In this document: positions 38,200-52,010 of the stretch, piece by piece
Layout: the number at the start of each line of letters is the position of its first letter
How positions within the stretch are numbered: the stretch's first letter is position 1
NCBI GenBank assembly: GCA_965153455.1
Contig: OZ234494.1
Span: forward strand, 5,456,001-5,520,000
Reading direction: 5' to 3'
From: Sphagnum compactum
Lineage: Eukaryota
DNA length: 64,000 bases
Program-made: the position numbers and the translations under genes
Notes under the pieces: model-generated
What the model was told of the DNA's origin: nothing
Database searches by the model: none
Seen by the model: the letters and a program-made list of their open reading frames with translations, nothing else

Positions 38200-39990
38200 C
38201 CAATAAATGAAACATAATTCTTCCATTAGCCATCATAACCTTTTTTGGTTTTCACAAACCCTTTTATAAAAATTACCTAAACTAAGAAAGATTTATGGAG
38301 GATCTTGTTTTGATGATAACAAAAGGATACATGTCTTTATTTATAACCATTTTATGTGTTGCTTGGTGACACATTGTGATTGTAGACATGTTTTTCCATC
38401 TTGGAAGCGATTAGTGAATAACAAAACATGGTAATTACAACATGACCTTTTGGACTAGACTGACATCCATGATTTTAAAAATGACTAAAATAGTCATTTT
38501 TTTAGTCATGGATGTTAATTCAATTCAAAAGGCCAAATCATATTTACCATGTTTTGGTGTAGGTACCAACAATGTTCATAATGATTATGGCGAGGTGTGT
38601 GTTGCCAACTATTGCAAAATTTGCCACGGCCCACAACTGCATGTTCTTTTGATTTATGGGTGTCTAGGTATGGATTAGACACTTTTGAATTAATCAATTT
38701 CATTAGTGAAGAATAGGTCCTCTACCATGTTATTTTAAGCATGTTTTAAAGCACAAGATACATTGGGTGTTGTTTTAGCCTTATAGGTGAAGGCATTATT
38801 AGCAAAACTCAACTTCACAAATAAAATCATTGCATGTGTTAAGGGTGAAAGAGGGCATTTGACTACATTGGCTATTACAATAACATCTGTTGTGAGTTTG
38901 TGCTCCATTGCAAATTGACACCTTTATTTTGGAACATGTTTTGAACAATGTGTTATGTCAAATGCATGTTAGTATGTCATTAACCATGACCCTGTTTGTT
39001 TTGGTATGAAAAAGATCAATTTAACAAAGTGTACAAGATCCTTTTTTCAAAGTACTATAATTTGACTTGAAAAATTAGTGAAGGGGTTGTTAGAGTGGGA
39101 AAAGGGAATGTGGAAGCTTCTTTTTCAAAGAAAGAATTGAAAATTCTTGTTAAAACTAGATTTGCATTCAAGGTGGTGTTGTTTCAAAAGACCCTTACAT
39201 GTACCAATGCAATTAACATTTACTATTCATGGTAGACTTGAGGTTTGTAGGCTAGGGTTCCAAGCGGTTACACTTGGGTTGTGATAGGAATAATTTGTGG
39301 ATGTTTTACCTTATGCATCAATGCATTATAAACTAGTCATGTGGGTATTGGCTTTTGTCAAATGTTTTGGAGGTTGCCATGATAATAATTGTGCACATGC
39401 CAGAGGGATACATTAAAAGAGATGACATTCAGCCACCATTGTAATGTGGTACATTTGAACAAGAATTAATTATTTTGTATGGTTGCATGGTTGTTGAAGT
39501 ACACTACAAGTGTTACAACCTTTTCTTTCATTTGTCACCACTGTCTCATAAGAGAAAGCTCACAATATGCTTGCTTTGATGTTTGATCCAAATTTTAAGG
39601 GGATGTAGATTGTCATTAAATTTCTTAATAATCCAAAGTTGGCTTTGGAGTTGGTGGTTACGTATGATCAAAAGGTCCTCCTTATTCTCTTGACCAAGGC
39701 TTACAAAGAGGTGCATCTTGAGATGCCCCAGCCCCTTCCACACAATGGGCTATTTCATTGGAAGATTCAATGTTTGGTTTTATTACAAACACTGCAAAAA
39801 CAAGTGAGAGTTTGCTAGCTTTTGAACTCTCTTTCTCATCATACTTCTTTCACAATTGTTAAGATTTCAAAGCCATTACCATGGTGAAAAGTTCATGCAA
39901 TTCAATTTCCACATGTTGGGTATGTGGCCTGATAATTTCTTGGTATTCCAAGCTTTCAATTTGAGTGTGAAAGAATATTTAACATTATGG
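38200..39990 (+). mobile_element. Decayed hAT transposase
   Basis: Fragmentary translations VKTRFAFKVVLFQKTL (xTRW-like) and FLGIPSFQFECERIFNI (hAT C-terminal dimerisation motif); many stops and frameshifts. Confidence 0.7.
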
Positions 39991-41182
39991 GTACCCCTAC
40001 TAGCACCACAAGAAATGTGTCCTGTGTTCACCAATTGTTTTTACTACAGGAAAACAGGGATGAATGATTGGAACCTTAAATTCCTTGAAGTTTGATGTGG
40101 GTTCTCAATGTATTAGGAGCAATTATTTTTGTGGAGTTATTAATGATGGAAAGTAAAGAAATGATGATTGTTACTAGCTGGGGATGCAACATTCATTGAA
40201 ATTGTGGTCTTTTTGTTATTTGTAAAAATTAGATTTAGGAAGAGATGGGGCTCTATGGAGGGTGTGGAAGAAGACAATAGGTGCTTGGCATTGGTATACA
40301 TATGTGGACATAAAATAACATGTATTAGCAACATTTGCTAGTTGAGATTTTGTTGCACACATACCTATGGTAGTTATAGCAAAAACCTAAACTAATGCAC
40401 ATAAAATTTAATTAGGCATGCATTGCTTTAAGATGATGATGAGTGAGTGAGATGGTCATGTTCATCTTCTTTTTCCAAAATTTCTGAAAAAAAACTCCTG
40501 ATTTTGAAATTGATGTGATTTTAAAAACATTTGTCAATGACATTTTTAGACATAATACAATGTAGATTGAATTTGTAATACTATATGATGCAAAGTTTGT
40601 TTTGAGATTATTTACTAATTTGGATTAATCTTCCGCTTTTTTATCATACCTTGTCTTGTGTTTGATGTCTCTTTTCATTGGTTCTGTTTTTCATTTAAGA
40701 TAGAATCTTATGTGAATATTCATATGAGGATGCATTTAATACTGACTGGTATGAGATCATTGTTTATTCATGTTCATACCCCCAAAACATGTAAGTTGTT
40801 ATATGGGGTTTAGGGTTTAGGGTTTAACCTTATATATCCATTCCATAAACATTTCAATTTTCATGTCATACCCAGGGCTGAATTTGGGAAAAAAATTTAC
40901 CAATACTCAATTGGTATATTGAAACAAAAATACCCACCCAAAACTGGTCCTTCCTTACCTATGTACTGGCCATCTACATGCATCTTCTTAGTTAGTAGTC
41001 ACCAATTATTCTACCAATCTCCCTACAGGACCTATTCTGTACGGGACAGGTTAAACAAGGCGAAATCCAACAACAACTCAGTTGGGGTTTATGTGCAATA
41101 GACTCATAACAGGCTTCCAATGGATGGTGCACTGAGGCTTATTGGTTCACTCTGGCCGAACAAAGTTGACCCACGTACATTC

Positions 41183-41566
41183 TAGCTGTGGTTGGGTACC
41201 TGGTTTGGAGGGTAAAATTGAAGGTTCCGGTTCCAGTTAGTAAAAATTGAACTGGAATTGGGTCTGATATTTGGAACCAGGTTTGGACATAGAATCAGGG
41301 CTTCTTGTTTTTCAAAGAATCGAAACCAAACTGGAATTGGGATCCCAATTTTTTAATAACTAGAACCAAAACCAGATCTGGGATTTTGGAAAATAACTAA
41401 ACAAAAAAGAAGAGACTAGAACTGGGGGCCAACTGGGAATTAATCATTGATTTTGGTCTAGGGTTTAGGACTAAGTACTAGACCCAGAACTGGAACTGCT
41501 TTGATATATATTTTCTAGAACTGGAATCGGAGGTCTTTCACAGAAGGCAAGAACCACCCAACACTG
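41183..41566. mobile_element. hAT-type MITE
   Basis: Perfect 8-bp TSD GTACATTC; right end AAGAACCACCCAACACTG as in the other local hAT MITEs; GAAC(C/T)GG subterminal repeats. Confidence 0.75.
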
Positions 41567-42450
41567 GTACATTCCACTACTTAGGCAGAATCTGAGAAAG
41601 GTAAGATTTGATCCTGGGAAGATACCTAGTGGAAAGTTCTAGAGGTAAGGATGCTCACACAATACTTGACAACTTGCATGCAACGTCTCCTTCTTGAGTA
41701 CAACTAATGAGAGAGAAAGAGAGAGAGGGAGAGAGAGAACCACACACTGTTGTTGTGTACCCAAGAAAGCACTCATTGAATGTCGTGCATTGAAGAAAGA
41801 TCTCACACAATTGATCATGGGGCCAATGAGAAAAGGGCCAGTCTGAATTCACAACGCCTACACTTGTACCTTCTACTTTCTGGAATGAGACCTCTTACTG
41901 GCTATGTTTAACCTGCGAAATGTTCCATTTGAAATTTGAATACTGATTTTTTGAGGTGGTAATTTTTTTGAGTTTTTTTGTTTTTTTTTTTTTTTTGGGG
42001 GGGGGGCAGAGAAGCTTGGAAAAATGTGTTTTTTTTCAATTGAACAATTTTTAAATCACCACTATTTCTAAATATAGAGTTTGAAAAATATGTGCTCCTT
42101 GGAAGCCCTGGTTTGGATGGAATATTTACAATGTTTAGAAGCAACCGAAAATTGTGAGCAAAACTCTAACAAATGCTCATTATTTGTAAGTCCCATTCTT
42201 ATCCCAGTTGGAGGAGGTTCTTTCATGATACCCCACCTTCACTCTTCCGTACTTTGACAACTTCATCCCATTGGAAACCTGTTATGCCTCAGTTTTGGAT
42301 GAACCACAACTGAGTTAACCATAACTGAGTAACCAAGGCTCCACCTCAATGATCTATCTTGTTAACCCTCCTACTTCCCCCTTCATCTAACTAGGTAAGT
42401 ATGTAGGGAATATATGAGGTTACTATGTAGGCAGGTAAGTAAGGCACTTG

Positions 42451-42822
42451 GGCCACAGTGAACCAGCACCCACCAGTGAACCATCCACCGGATGCCCCTT
42501 ATTACTCAGTTGTGGATGAACCTCAACTGAGTTGATATTTGATTTCACCTTGGTAATCAATTTTGTAAGAAATAGGTCTCATATATAGGTAGATAGGTAG
42601 GAAAATGGGTAATAACTAGGTAAGTAGATGGGTTATACTTAGGTAAGGACTGTTTTTATTATTTACCTACTAATAAACCACTTGTGGGTTGTTAGTAGAT
42701 GGGTAGTAAAAAAAAGATACTGAGTTATGGTTAGCTGGGCAACTGGAACCCAACAGAAAACTGTTTCTTGACCATTACCATCCATCCATCATGGTGCACT
42801 GGTGGGTGCGGGTTCACTGGCC
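42451..42822. mobile_element. Mutator-like MITE
   Basis: ~40-bp imperfect TIR GGCCACAGTGAACCAGCACCCACCAGTGAACCAT / ATGGTGCACTGGTGGGTGCGGGTTCACTGGCC; perfect 9-bp TSD AGGCACTTG. Confidence 0.85.
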
Positions 42823-44149
42823 AGGCACTTGGTGACTATTAGGCATGTGCATGGTTAGTACTTATGAGAGAGGAAGAAAACAGAAAAGTGTTTCCTCTCT
42901 TCACACCATCTGTCCTGCATAGTGGGCCCAGTCACTCTAGCTTGGGGACAGAGCGGTCCAATGTCTTGTTGGTTTGGTATTGCCTTTTGAACATACCAGC
43001 CTTGTCCTGTTATTGAGTATTTTAAAAAATAATTAGACTAGGGTAAATAGGCTAATAAGTGAACACTGAAGCTTTTAGAGACCATGCATTCATTCTTTCA
43101 TCACTTTTAGCCTTGGAAGTTTGAAGTGTCTATGTAACCTTTCATCAGGCTTCCTTTAGTTGTTTCCAAACCTCCACTTGGGTTTGAAATGAGCAAGATA
43201 AAACCTCCCATAGTACAAGGGTTTGAAAAATATGGTAGGACCTTGTGTGAACCCTTACTCTGAGAAGTTTTATCTTGCTCACCAATGTGCACCTTATTAC
43301 CAAACATGCTCCCATGTGTGATCAATGTGTATCCTATTACCAAACATGCTAAACTGAAAGTGAACACAAGAAAGCTCATCACCAAACAAAGGTAGAGGCC
43401 ATGGGTGTTCACTTTTTGCTTCAAGTTTTACACCTCACATTTATGACCAAGTTGTTTAGGGACAAATGTGAACAACTTTCTTGTGTGCAGAGAAAACCCC
43501 ATCAGATAGGGGCGACTCATTTTACAAATCCAGGCACATCATTGATCATGGAAAATATATCCCAAACCTGCATTAATTATGTCAAATAGTCTAGCACCTT
43601 TGTAGTAGGGTTTTTTAAAATAAATCTTAAAATGTAAGCGAGTGGCATCACTCCTATCCTTTTGTTTGCCAAAGTGCCTTCTCTAAAAATTTTGGCATAG
43701 GAATAGGAGGCCCCATGATCACTTGGTAAGTCTATTTTTGGCATACATAATTGTTTCAAAAGAAGTTGAAAGTGACAAATCCAATTTTTTCTACCTAAGT
43801 CCAATTGGCAGTCATAACACAACACAAGTTACTTCATTCAACACCAAGGACTAATATGGCCACACAAATGACATAATAATAGCATCCTTTCTAATTTGAT
43901 CATAACACACCAAAATTTTGAATGGGAGTTGAAGCCCAATCTGGTAACAAACTTTGCCCAATGCAATTCAAAGTCCCACCCACTACACCCAAATATTAGT
44001 AAATATCATGATCAAGTTCAGACACAACATCACCATGCTTGACTAGATTGTGGAAACATTAAAGCATTAAAAAACATAAAAAAACTAGTCAAGGCCCAAC
44101 ACCCATTTTAAAGTGGTAGCACCGATTCACATTTTTTACTCTTTTCAAT

Positions 44150-46250
44150 TGGTAATGGCCTCATGACAAGGAAAGTTCTTTTGAATAAAAAACTCTTGTG
44201 CAAACATGTGAATAGTTGTATCCAAATGTGGCCCCAATCGATTGCGCAATTTGTCTTTCATGAATGCAAGAGTGGAGAAAGTCTTTTTATCTTCCATTGA
44301 GCCATACATAGAAACAATTGCTATTTTTGCTAATCATATACTCACTTAAATGTTGACAGAACAATGGATTGTTGGTAATTGTCACCAACAACAAGTTTGT
44401 AATTGTAAATTTGTATCAAATGGCTTAGCCATAGCCTTTGTTGCTTGTGTTTTCATAGTGAGCTTAAACATGGACTATTGCATGTCAAGGAGATTAGCAT
44501 TCAAAGGTTTAGCAACTTGATCCAGTGAAGGTTTCACTTGTTTTAATTCACAATTGTGTTTCTTGATGACATTGAGAAGAAGAGAAAAAGAAACATTTGC
44601 ATTTGGTTACATCCAAAATTGAAGATACAGAATGTTGAGGGCATTCATTTATTTTAATCCACAAAACGCATTTTTAATTCTGTCAAAAACATTTTGTCTA
44701 CAACAACACATTAACATTTCACTTTGTGCAATGGATGTAAAAAAAACATCATTACACATAAGTTGATTTACCCCAATAATTACATTAAAAATGTGAGCTT
44801 GATAGGAATGACCAACAATATGAAAATATAAGGTTTCCAGACCATTGTTGAAGTCAATAACCTAATCGTGGGTGATGTGGCAAAATTGTTGTCCACTATG
44901 TCACAAAAAACTTGGAAATGTTCATGTTGGTAGCTTGTGAATGGATTAGAATACATCATGAAAAGGTCAGCTTGACAAATTTTGACTATTGTTACAAAAT
45001 CACAGATGAAAACATCCCTTCCTTGAAAAAAATTGATCAAAACATTAATTGCTTCCAATAATGACAATAAACATGACAAGCCTAACAATGTGTGAAGATC
45101 ACAGAGGAGCTTGGAATTCAACCTTGCTTGACCAACACTTTAATGTTGTTTTGTGACATCTTCACAATCAACATGTTCTATTTTGCTAGAACACGCTCAA
45201 AGGTTCCAACATTGAAATCCACCGTGTTTTAACATTTATCAAAATTTTAAATTTTTTTGTTTCCATGATCTCAACAAGTGTAGTGAATTCCAAATGACAT
45301 TTAGGGGAACTCAAAAAATAAGCATCCAAGGACAAGAACAAATCCTCCAACTTGGACACCATTCATAGGTTTAACAAAGCTTGCACTGAAAAGATTGGTT
45401 ATATGGGCCATACAATGTGCCATCATGGAAGGATAATGCTTCTCCTTTAGCTAAGATGTCATTCCAATGTGGCATCCTTCAAAAAAAGAAGTTCCATCTG
45501 CACTAAAGCAAATGAACCTTTCAATGACCTCCTTTTTATTTAACCCTCCTTGTTGTAGCAAGGATTGCATAATGACAATGGTTACATTGTATGCAATACC
45601 CCCTTCAACAACATGTTGAGGTGTGAAGAGGACAAGCACCCTTCTCCATGCTTGCATCACATACACATGGACAAAAATCCGAGACTAGTTACTGATAGTA
45701 ATAACTTCATCTACACTTAAAGAAAGAAACCTTCCAACAACCAAAAACATTTGATTTTTTTAAAATTTTGGTCGCACATAAAATTTGTCATCTCTTAACC
45801 TACCCCATTCGACCAATGTTTCATTGGATTATCAAGAACATTCAACTAAACAAACAATTTCTACATTGATGTGTAATCTGTCATGGGACAACCATCACTA
45901 AACAAATGGAAAATCAAAGCAAATTACACAAATTTTTTTTCTTGTCAACTTGAATTGCACCATACATTATTTGTTGCAACACTATTTCAAAACCCTTAGA
46001 AAAGTACAAATTTTCATTAACCACATGATAATTTGTTTTCAAGAAATAATGATCCCCCACTTATACTCCTAGCATGGCTACCAAAGCCTTACAACAACCA
46101 ACATGTTTCCACAGAAAATTTGACTTTGGAACCAAAAGTATAGTTTTGGTCTTAATTCGTGTGCAAATCTTGTAGATGTCACACTTGAACAACTTTCCCA
46201 TTAGAATTTAATATAGATTTAGCCCACAGAACTTCATTGCCTAAATATTT
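44150..46250 (-). mobile_element. Decayed hAT-superfamily transposase (ZNF862-like type)
   Basis: Fragments FICFSADGTSFFEGCHIG, LLEAINVLINFFQGRDVFICDF and the C-terminal GSMEDKKTFSTLAFMKDKLRNRL; broken by stops and frameshifts. Confidence 0.75.
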
Positions 46251-47029
46251 TGCAAGTGCCTATTCAAGGCATAGGCCTTTTTTTCTTTTTTTTTTGCAAT
46301 TTCAATGTTCGTAGTTGCCACTACTAGATCCACAATCATGCATTCAGACTCCCCAATATCAATTGCTTGCTATCATCAAGAAGCACTTTAAGTACTTTCT
46401 AGATGTAGAAAAAGATATGAATTATTTAACATTTTTTGAAATTGTTTATAGGCATTCAATGAGGATGAGGAATAGAACCATGGTGTGTTAATGAATAGAA
46501 GCACTCTTGCTACAATAGTTTCAAATGGGACAGTGAAAGTGACTACAAGTGCTACTATTGCAACAATAATTAAGGTAGAATCGTCATTAAATGATTCTTC
46601 TTTACATTCACATGATGAAAAAGAGATCATGAACCCTGTTGTAGTGGTTTCAAAAGCAAAAGCATCAATTGTTTCGAAGGAGGAAGACTCAAATGAAAAG
46701 CCTTCTAAATCTAAAAATGAGGCAGCAAAGGAGTTGCAAGTACAATAGTTTGAAACAAAGACAAAAAATTGTTTTGTCTACCAAAAGGAAAGATGGGTTT
46801 TTTTATGAATCATCAAATTCAGAAGAGGAGTCAATTCCAACCACACATGTGACACTGGTTCTAGCTATGAAGGTGGCAGCAAAAGTGGAGCATTCTAATG
46901 AATTGTCATCAAACTCTTTTCTTAACATTTACTATTTACATTCAAGCACAATGCACTTTCCAAGAAGTCCCAATATCTTGCAAGCATATGAATGGATCCA
47001 TTCCAAGCTTGAATGCCAATAAACCAACC

Positions 47030-47770
47030 CACACGTAGTGGGTGTTTTCTAAGTAAACCTAGTAACCACCAATTACAATAGGTGTTTTCTAAGCACACCC
47101 AGTAACCACCAATTATAGTAGTTGTTTTTTAAGCACACCCAGTAACCATTAAGCATATCAAGTGCTTTCAAAGCACACCTAATAACTAATAAGTGCAATC
47201 AATGCTTTTTAAGTACACCCAGTGACCACCCATCACAATCAATGCTAACTAAACACACCCAGTACCCATGACCAAACATAATCAGTGTTTTGTAAGCACA
47301 CCCAATACCCACCAAGCATAGTGAGTGTTTTCCAAGCACAACCTCTTTCCAAGCACAGCGAGTGTTTTCCAAGCACAACAATTTTCTTTCCAAGCATAAT
47401 GAGTGCTTTCCAAGCACAACTTTTTTCCAAGCACAACAATTTCTTCCCAAGCATAATGAGTGTTTTCCAAGCACAATCAGTAAGGTTAGTAAGGACAGTA
47501 AATGTTTTCCAAGCATTTTTAGTAATTAACAAACATGATTGGTACTTCCCAATAATAAGTCAAAAACATTATGGGTGTTTTTTAAACACACTTGGTGCTT
47601 TCCAAACATTCCTAGCAATTAACAAGCAAAATAGGTGTTTTCCAAGCACTCCAAGTAACCAATAAGCACAAGTGATGTTTTCCACGCACTTCCAATAACC
47701 TGCAAACACAATGGGTATTCTACCAACATTCCCATCAACCTCCAAGCATAATGGGTACATTTTGAGCACT
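47030..47770. repeat. Degenerate minisatellite (GTGTTTTCCAAGCAC.. units)
   Basis: Many copies of TTCCAAGCA(C/T)A; this explains the repetitive ORFs in all frames. Confidence 0.9.
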
Positions 47771-48199
47771 ACCAATTTACTTTAAATAATTATTGCCACA
47801 ACAAAATTTTCATTACATAAGCCTTAGTTCAATTTCTCCATCTAGAATGAAACACTTTTGGGCCAAATCCCTTATTAGTAGCCTCTCTTAAATTAAACAT
47901 TCAATACATGACCATTGACCACTCTATCTCAATTAGGTCAAGTATGTAGACATGTCCTTCCACCACTAATTACTAACAACAACCATTTAAAACTCCATTT
48001 TCCATAAAATCAAGCAACAAATAAAACCATAAAATGAAACTTTGTCAATAGGTTTTAATTTAATTAAAATTTAGAAGAATTCAAGAAAAGTGAACAAACT
48101 TGTGGAAAAAACTCACTTGACATAATTGGTTCTGAAAATGCATGTAACAAGTTCTCCGCCATCAACATCCATACTTCACTTAAGCCCAAATCACATGTT

Positions 48200-49320
48200 A
48201 AATTCTTCATGTCCTCATCTTCAGCATGGAACCCCCATCTAATACACCAATCACAGTAAGTTCACCACAAATCAAACATTTGTTGTTATCTCTTACAACT
48301 TTAGCCAAACAGAAAGGATGGTAAGTGTGATTGTAGGAAGTGATAATAACGTCACCACAATGGTAGCCTCTGCCACAAAATTCACAAAGCTTCACAACAA
48401 TGAAACTAACACTTTTAAATTATGTTGATGAATTTGGATGCAATATGGGCTTAGGCCAAAATGACACACCCCCTCCACTCTCCATTTGCCCTAATTGAAC
48501 TTGAAAAACTTTTATTTCCCTCTCCAACAAAGATCTTCGTTTCTTAATGTCCCCGAGAACACGATCAAGGTTTTGGTGCTCAACCTGACAATTTTCAAAT
48601 AATTTTTCATCTTGTACAACACGTTTGATTATATCCTCCAAACCTTTTTTTGAATACTCTAGATCATTATCATTAACATGATGGTTCTGATGAACTACAT
48701 CGCATTGACCCACTAAATCTTTCAAAATTTCCTCTTGTTCCATGTATGCTTTTACAGTAGTATCGCTCTCTATCTGTATGCGTTACAATTTTATCTGCAC
48801 CCAAATAAACACAAGTCAAATTTGATGCTTAAATGGCATGGCATGAAATTGCTAAGGAATAACCCATAGAAGAATACAACAGTGCCAGATCAAATGTAAA
48901 ATCATTACAAAACATATAACCTTTTCTTCAAGTTTGGGTCTTTGTTGCAAAATCGCCTTCAGTTCTTGTTTTGTTGTAGTTATGGAATCTTGCGCCTCCA
49001 CTGCAATAGCCTTTCAATCCTCCATGGTAAACCTAAATCCTATCGATTTTTCCTCCAACTTTTTATTTTCAACCTTTGCATCACTTATCTTTGCACATGC
49101 ACGCTTCTCCAACTCGCACAACAAAACATGAAAATCTGCAACCCTTTTGATTTCTAATGGCAAGATGTCATATGGACATAGTACCCATTCCTTCAAGTCC
49201 CATTTTTCATCTCTAATGTGGGCTTAATATCAAATCATGTAGACGCTTTTGCTACATTCAAATTTGACAGTTCCATACTTCCACTTTTGATTCTCCCCAC
49301 ATTTCTCCTTTGAGCCTTCT
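48200..49320 (-). pseudogene. Degraded coiled-coil plus RING-finger gene fragment
   Basis: CEFCGRGYHCGDVIITSYNHTYHPFCLAKVVRDNNKCLICGE is RING-H2-like with one ligand lost. It is preceded by charged heptad-rich ORFs. There is an intron-like GT..AG at ~48920-48796, an in-frame stop and a frameshift. A Copia LTR abuts at 49328. Confidence 0.6.
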
Positions 49321-49327
49321 CTCTAGC

Positions 49328-50526
49328 TGTTGATGTTTGTTAACAAATAGGAGGTCTACTCAAGTGCAAACATAAATATTTATTGAAAAGAAACTAAAAC
49401 ACGATGCTCACAACACGGAACATAATATCAAGAACACCTCAAGGTTCCTATCACATGAAATACGCATACTTATGTAATGAAGAAAAAAGAGCCAAACCAT
49501 CAACACCAAGGTATTTAACTAAAAGACTAAACCACAAATAACCAAACTAATATAAGTAAAGAAAGTAATTCAACCTTGTGAAAGTAACCTAATTACTTTC
49601 TTACTCTAGTAACTAATGAAGCCTAACAAGTTGAGCTTGAATTCTCAACATTCCCCCTCAAGCTCAAATCCACTTATAGTACACCAAACATTTTTCTAAA
49701 CTTCCTTAGCTTGTCTGTACCCAAAGCCTTTGTGAAAATGTCAGCAACTTGATCTTCAGTACTGACATGAATAAGGTCAATTTCTTTTGCTAGATCTTTT
49801 TCTCTAATAAAGTGGTAGTGCACTTCAATGTGTTTTGTCCTAGCATGATAGACCGAGTTGTTAGCAAGTAATATGCTACTGATGTTATCACAATAAATGA
49901 CAACAGGAACATCCACTGACTGTCCCAAATCTGAGAGTAGTTTTTGTAACCAAACTACTTCACATGCAACAATTGTTGCACCTCTGTATTTTGCCTCCGT
50001 GCTTAATAGTGTAACTGTTGGTTGTTTCTTATTGCTCCAACTAAAAGCACCACTTCCAAAAGAAAACATGAAACCACTGGTTGATCTTTTATCTGAAACA
50101 TTGTCAGCCCAATCAGCATCCGTGTATCCATGTACTTGTAACTGGCTCTTGGCTTCATAAAGAATTCCACACTGCAGAGTATGTTTTATGTACCTCAGTA
50201 TGCGCCTCAATGCATCCAAATGTGGCTTTCGTGGTGTTTGCATGAATTGACTCACCACTCCAACTGCATAACTCAAATCTGGCCATGTGATGGTCATGTA
50301 AATCAAACTCCCCACTATGCGCCTATACATAGTGGTATCCTCCACAAGGTCTCCTTCATCTGCATTTAACTTCACATTTTGCTCCAATGGAATTGAAATG
50401 GGTTTGTAACCCGTCATCCCATATTCAGACAATTTGATCAAGGCATATTGCCTTTGTAGTAACCATATCCCTTTAGGGGACTAGATTACCTCAATGCCGA
50501 GGAAGTAACGCAACTCTCCCAAATCC
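49328..50526 (-). mobile_element. 5'-truncated Ty1/Copia retrotransposon: RT C-terminus and RNase H (50526-49674), PPT (~49651-49660), 3' LTR (49650-49328)
   Basis: DLGELRYFLGIEV, YRRIVGSLIY, GYTDADWA, IYCDN, HARTKHIEVHYHFIRE, DQVADIFTKAL. PPT TGAGGGGGAA. LTR bounded by TGTTGA..TCAACA. In-frame TAG at ~50482. Confidence 0.95.
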
Positions 50527-50529
50527 TGT

Positions 50530-52010
50530 ATTCCATCCTTTTCCTAATAAATAAAACTTAAGGTATTCCATAATGACAAGTTATTTCTACCTCCAAGAAT
50601 TCAACATCAATGAATGTGGTATGATCTAGAACATCTTTCACCTCAAACAACTTTGAGTAAGGTCAATAGCCACCAAAACATATTTATTGCCTACTGTAGT
50701 TTATAGCAATGGTCCGTCTATATATATCCATGGCAATTTTGAAAAATAGATTCGACATAAGAATTGAGCTTTTCCTAATTAGACTTAAAATTGTTAGTCT
50801 ACTTTACCATCTAACACATATAACATGACCTTACCACCAAAGACATAAAATTGGTACAATCATGCCAAAAAGCCTTTTGCCAATTCAACCAACATTTGTT
50901 GTTCCCTAAAGTGTTTGATTTTTTCATTTAAATCTCAAACAATCATTTTTTCTTTTCCAATTGTGGTACCATTAGATTCTTGTAGTAGAATTGATCTTCA
51001 TGTTAGTAATAATTCAACAATTGCTTCTTAATTTTGTTGAGCTCTTCTACAAAATATTTTATGGACACAAATTCATTTTACAATAAGGCCAACCATTCCT
51101 TTTCCTTCCAAATGTCTATCATTCTACCGATATCTTCCTCTTCCTCTTTGTTAAAAACTTCCTAGTCATAAACCCTTCAATCATTATTTGTGTTGCCATT
51201 ATCAAATCCATTTCTTCCTTCATGCTTATCATCTTAAGGTAAGTATGTTTCACCTTTTCATGATGGTTTTTTCTTGTTTATAACAATAATCTATATATCG
51301 ATTAATATTTTTTCCTTTCCTACTTCATTATTACCAAAAGTTGAACCTCCTTTATCCATTTGGTAAAAACTCAGACAACTAAGTTTTCATTCCCATAAGT
51401 AATTTCTAGGGTGAAAACATAATGAGGTGAGTTCTCAAAACATAAACCTTCCCATTGTATACTCGTGATTGGTGTTGCAAAAGCGACAACTTGAACATCC
51501 TAGATTTCATTTTTGAAATCTTCATTTTCATCTACTTGATCCACCAAGTTTATATTAAGTGCTTCTACATTTGTATGTTGAGATCTTGGCAATGTACAAT
51601 CTTGAATGATAAATCTTGCAACATATCAATCCAACATTTTCATCTTCCATGTGTGTCAAAAATAGTATCCAATCATTCCAATGGTTTATGGTCAATTTTC
51701 AACAAAAACTATGTTTGATGTAGATATTGTCAAAAATGTAGTTCACTCCCCATACCACTTCATAGCATTCTCCCTCCATAGGATGAAACCTCTTTTGAAC
51801 ATCAAATAAGTTTTTGCTTGCATATACAACCACCATTTCTATTCTTCCATTTTTCTGTGATAGGAGGCACTAACTCCTTTTACATACCAATCTACATCCA
51901 ATATAGGCCTTGAAAAGTCAAACTTGGACAAGATTGGTGCTTCCACTAAACATTTCTTTAGTTTATCAAATGCCTCCAAACATGCATAACTTTATAAAGC
52001 AAAATCACAT
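50530..52010 (-). mobile_element. Decayed Ty3/Gypsy pol fragment (RNase H and probable integrase remnants)
   Basis: Translated fragments CLEAFDKLKKCLVEAPIL, DFSRPILDVDW and VVVYASKNLFDVQKRFHPMEGECY; frameshifted. Confidence 0.8.

Noticed and set aside
40806-40826. TTTAGGG telomere-like repeats (also ~34490, ~60186)
   Set aside because: Only 2-3 units, which are common telo-box-like motifs in plant repeats and not evidence of a chromosome end or fusion.
47199-47775. Several overlapping ORFs of 64-126 aa
   Set aside because: Products of the minisatellite, open in several frames on both strands.
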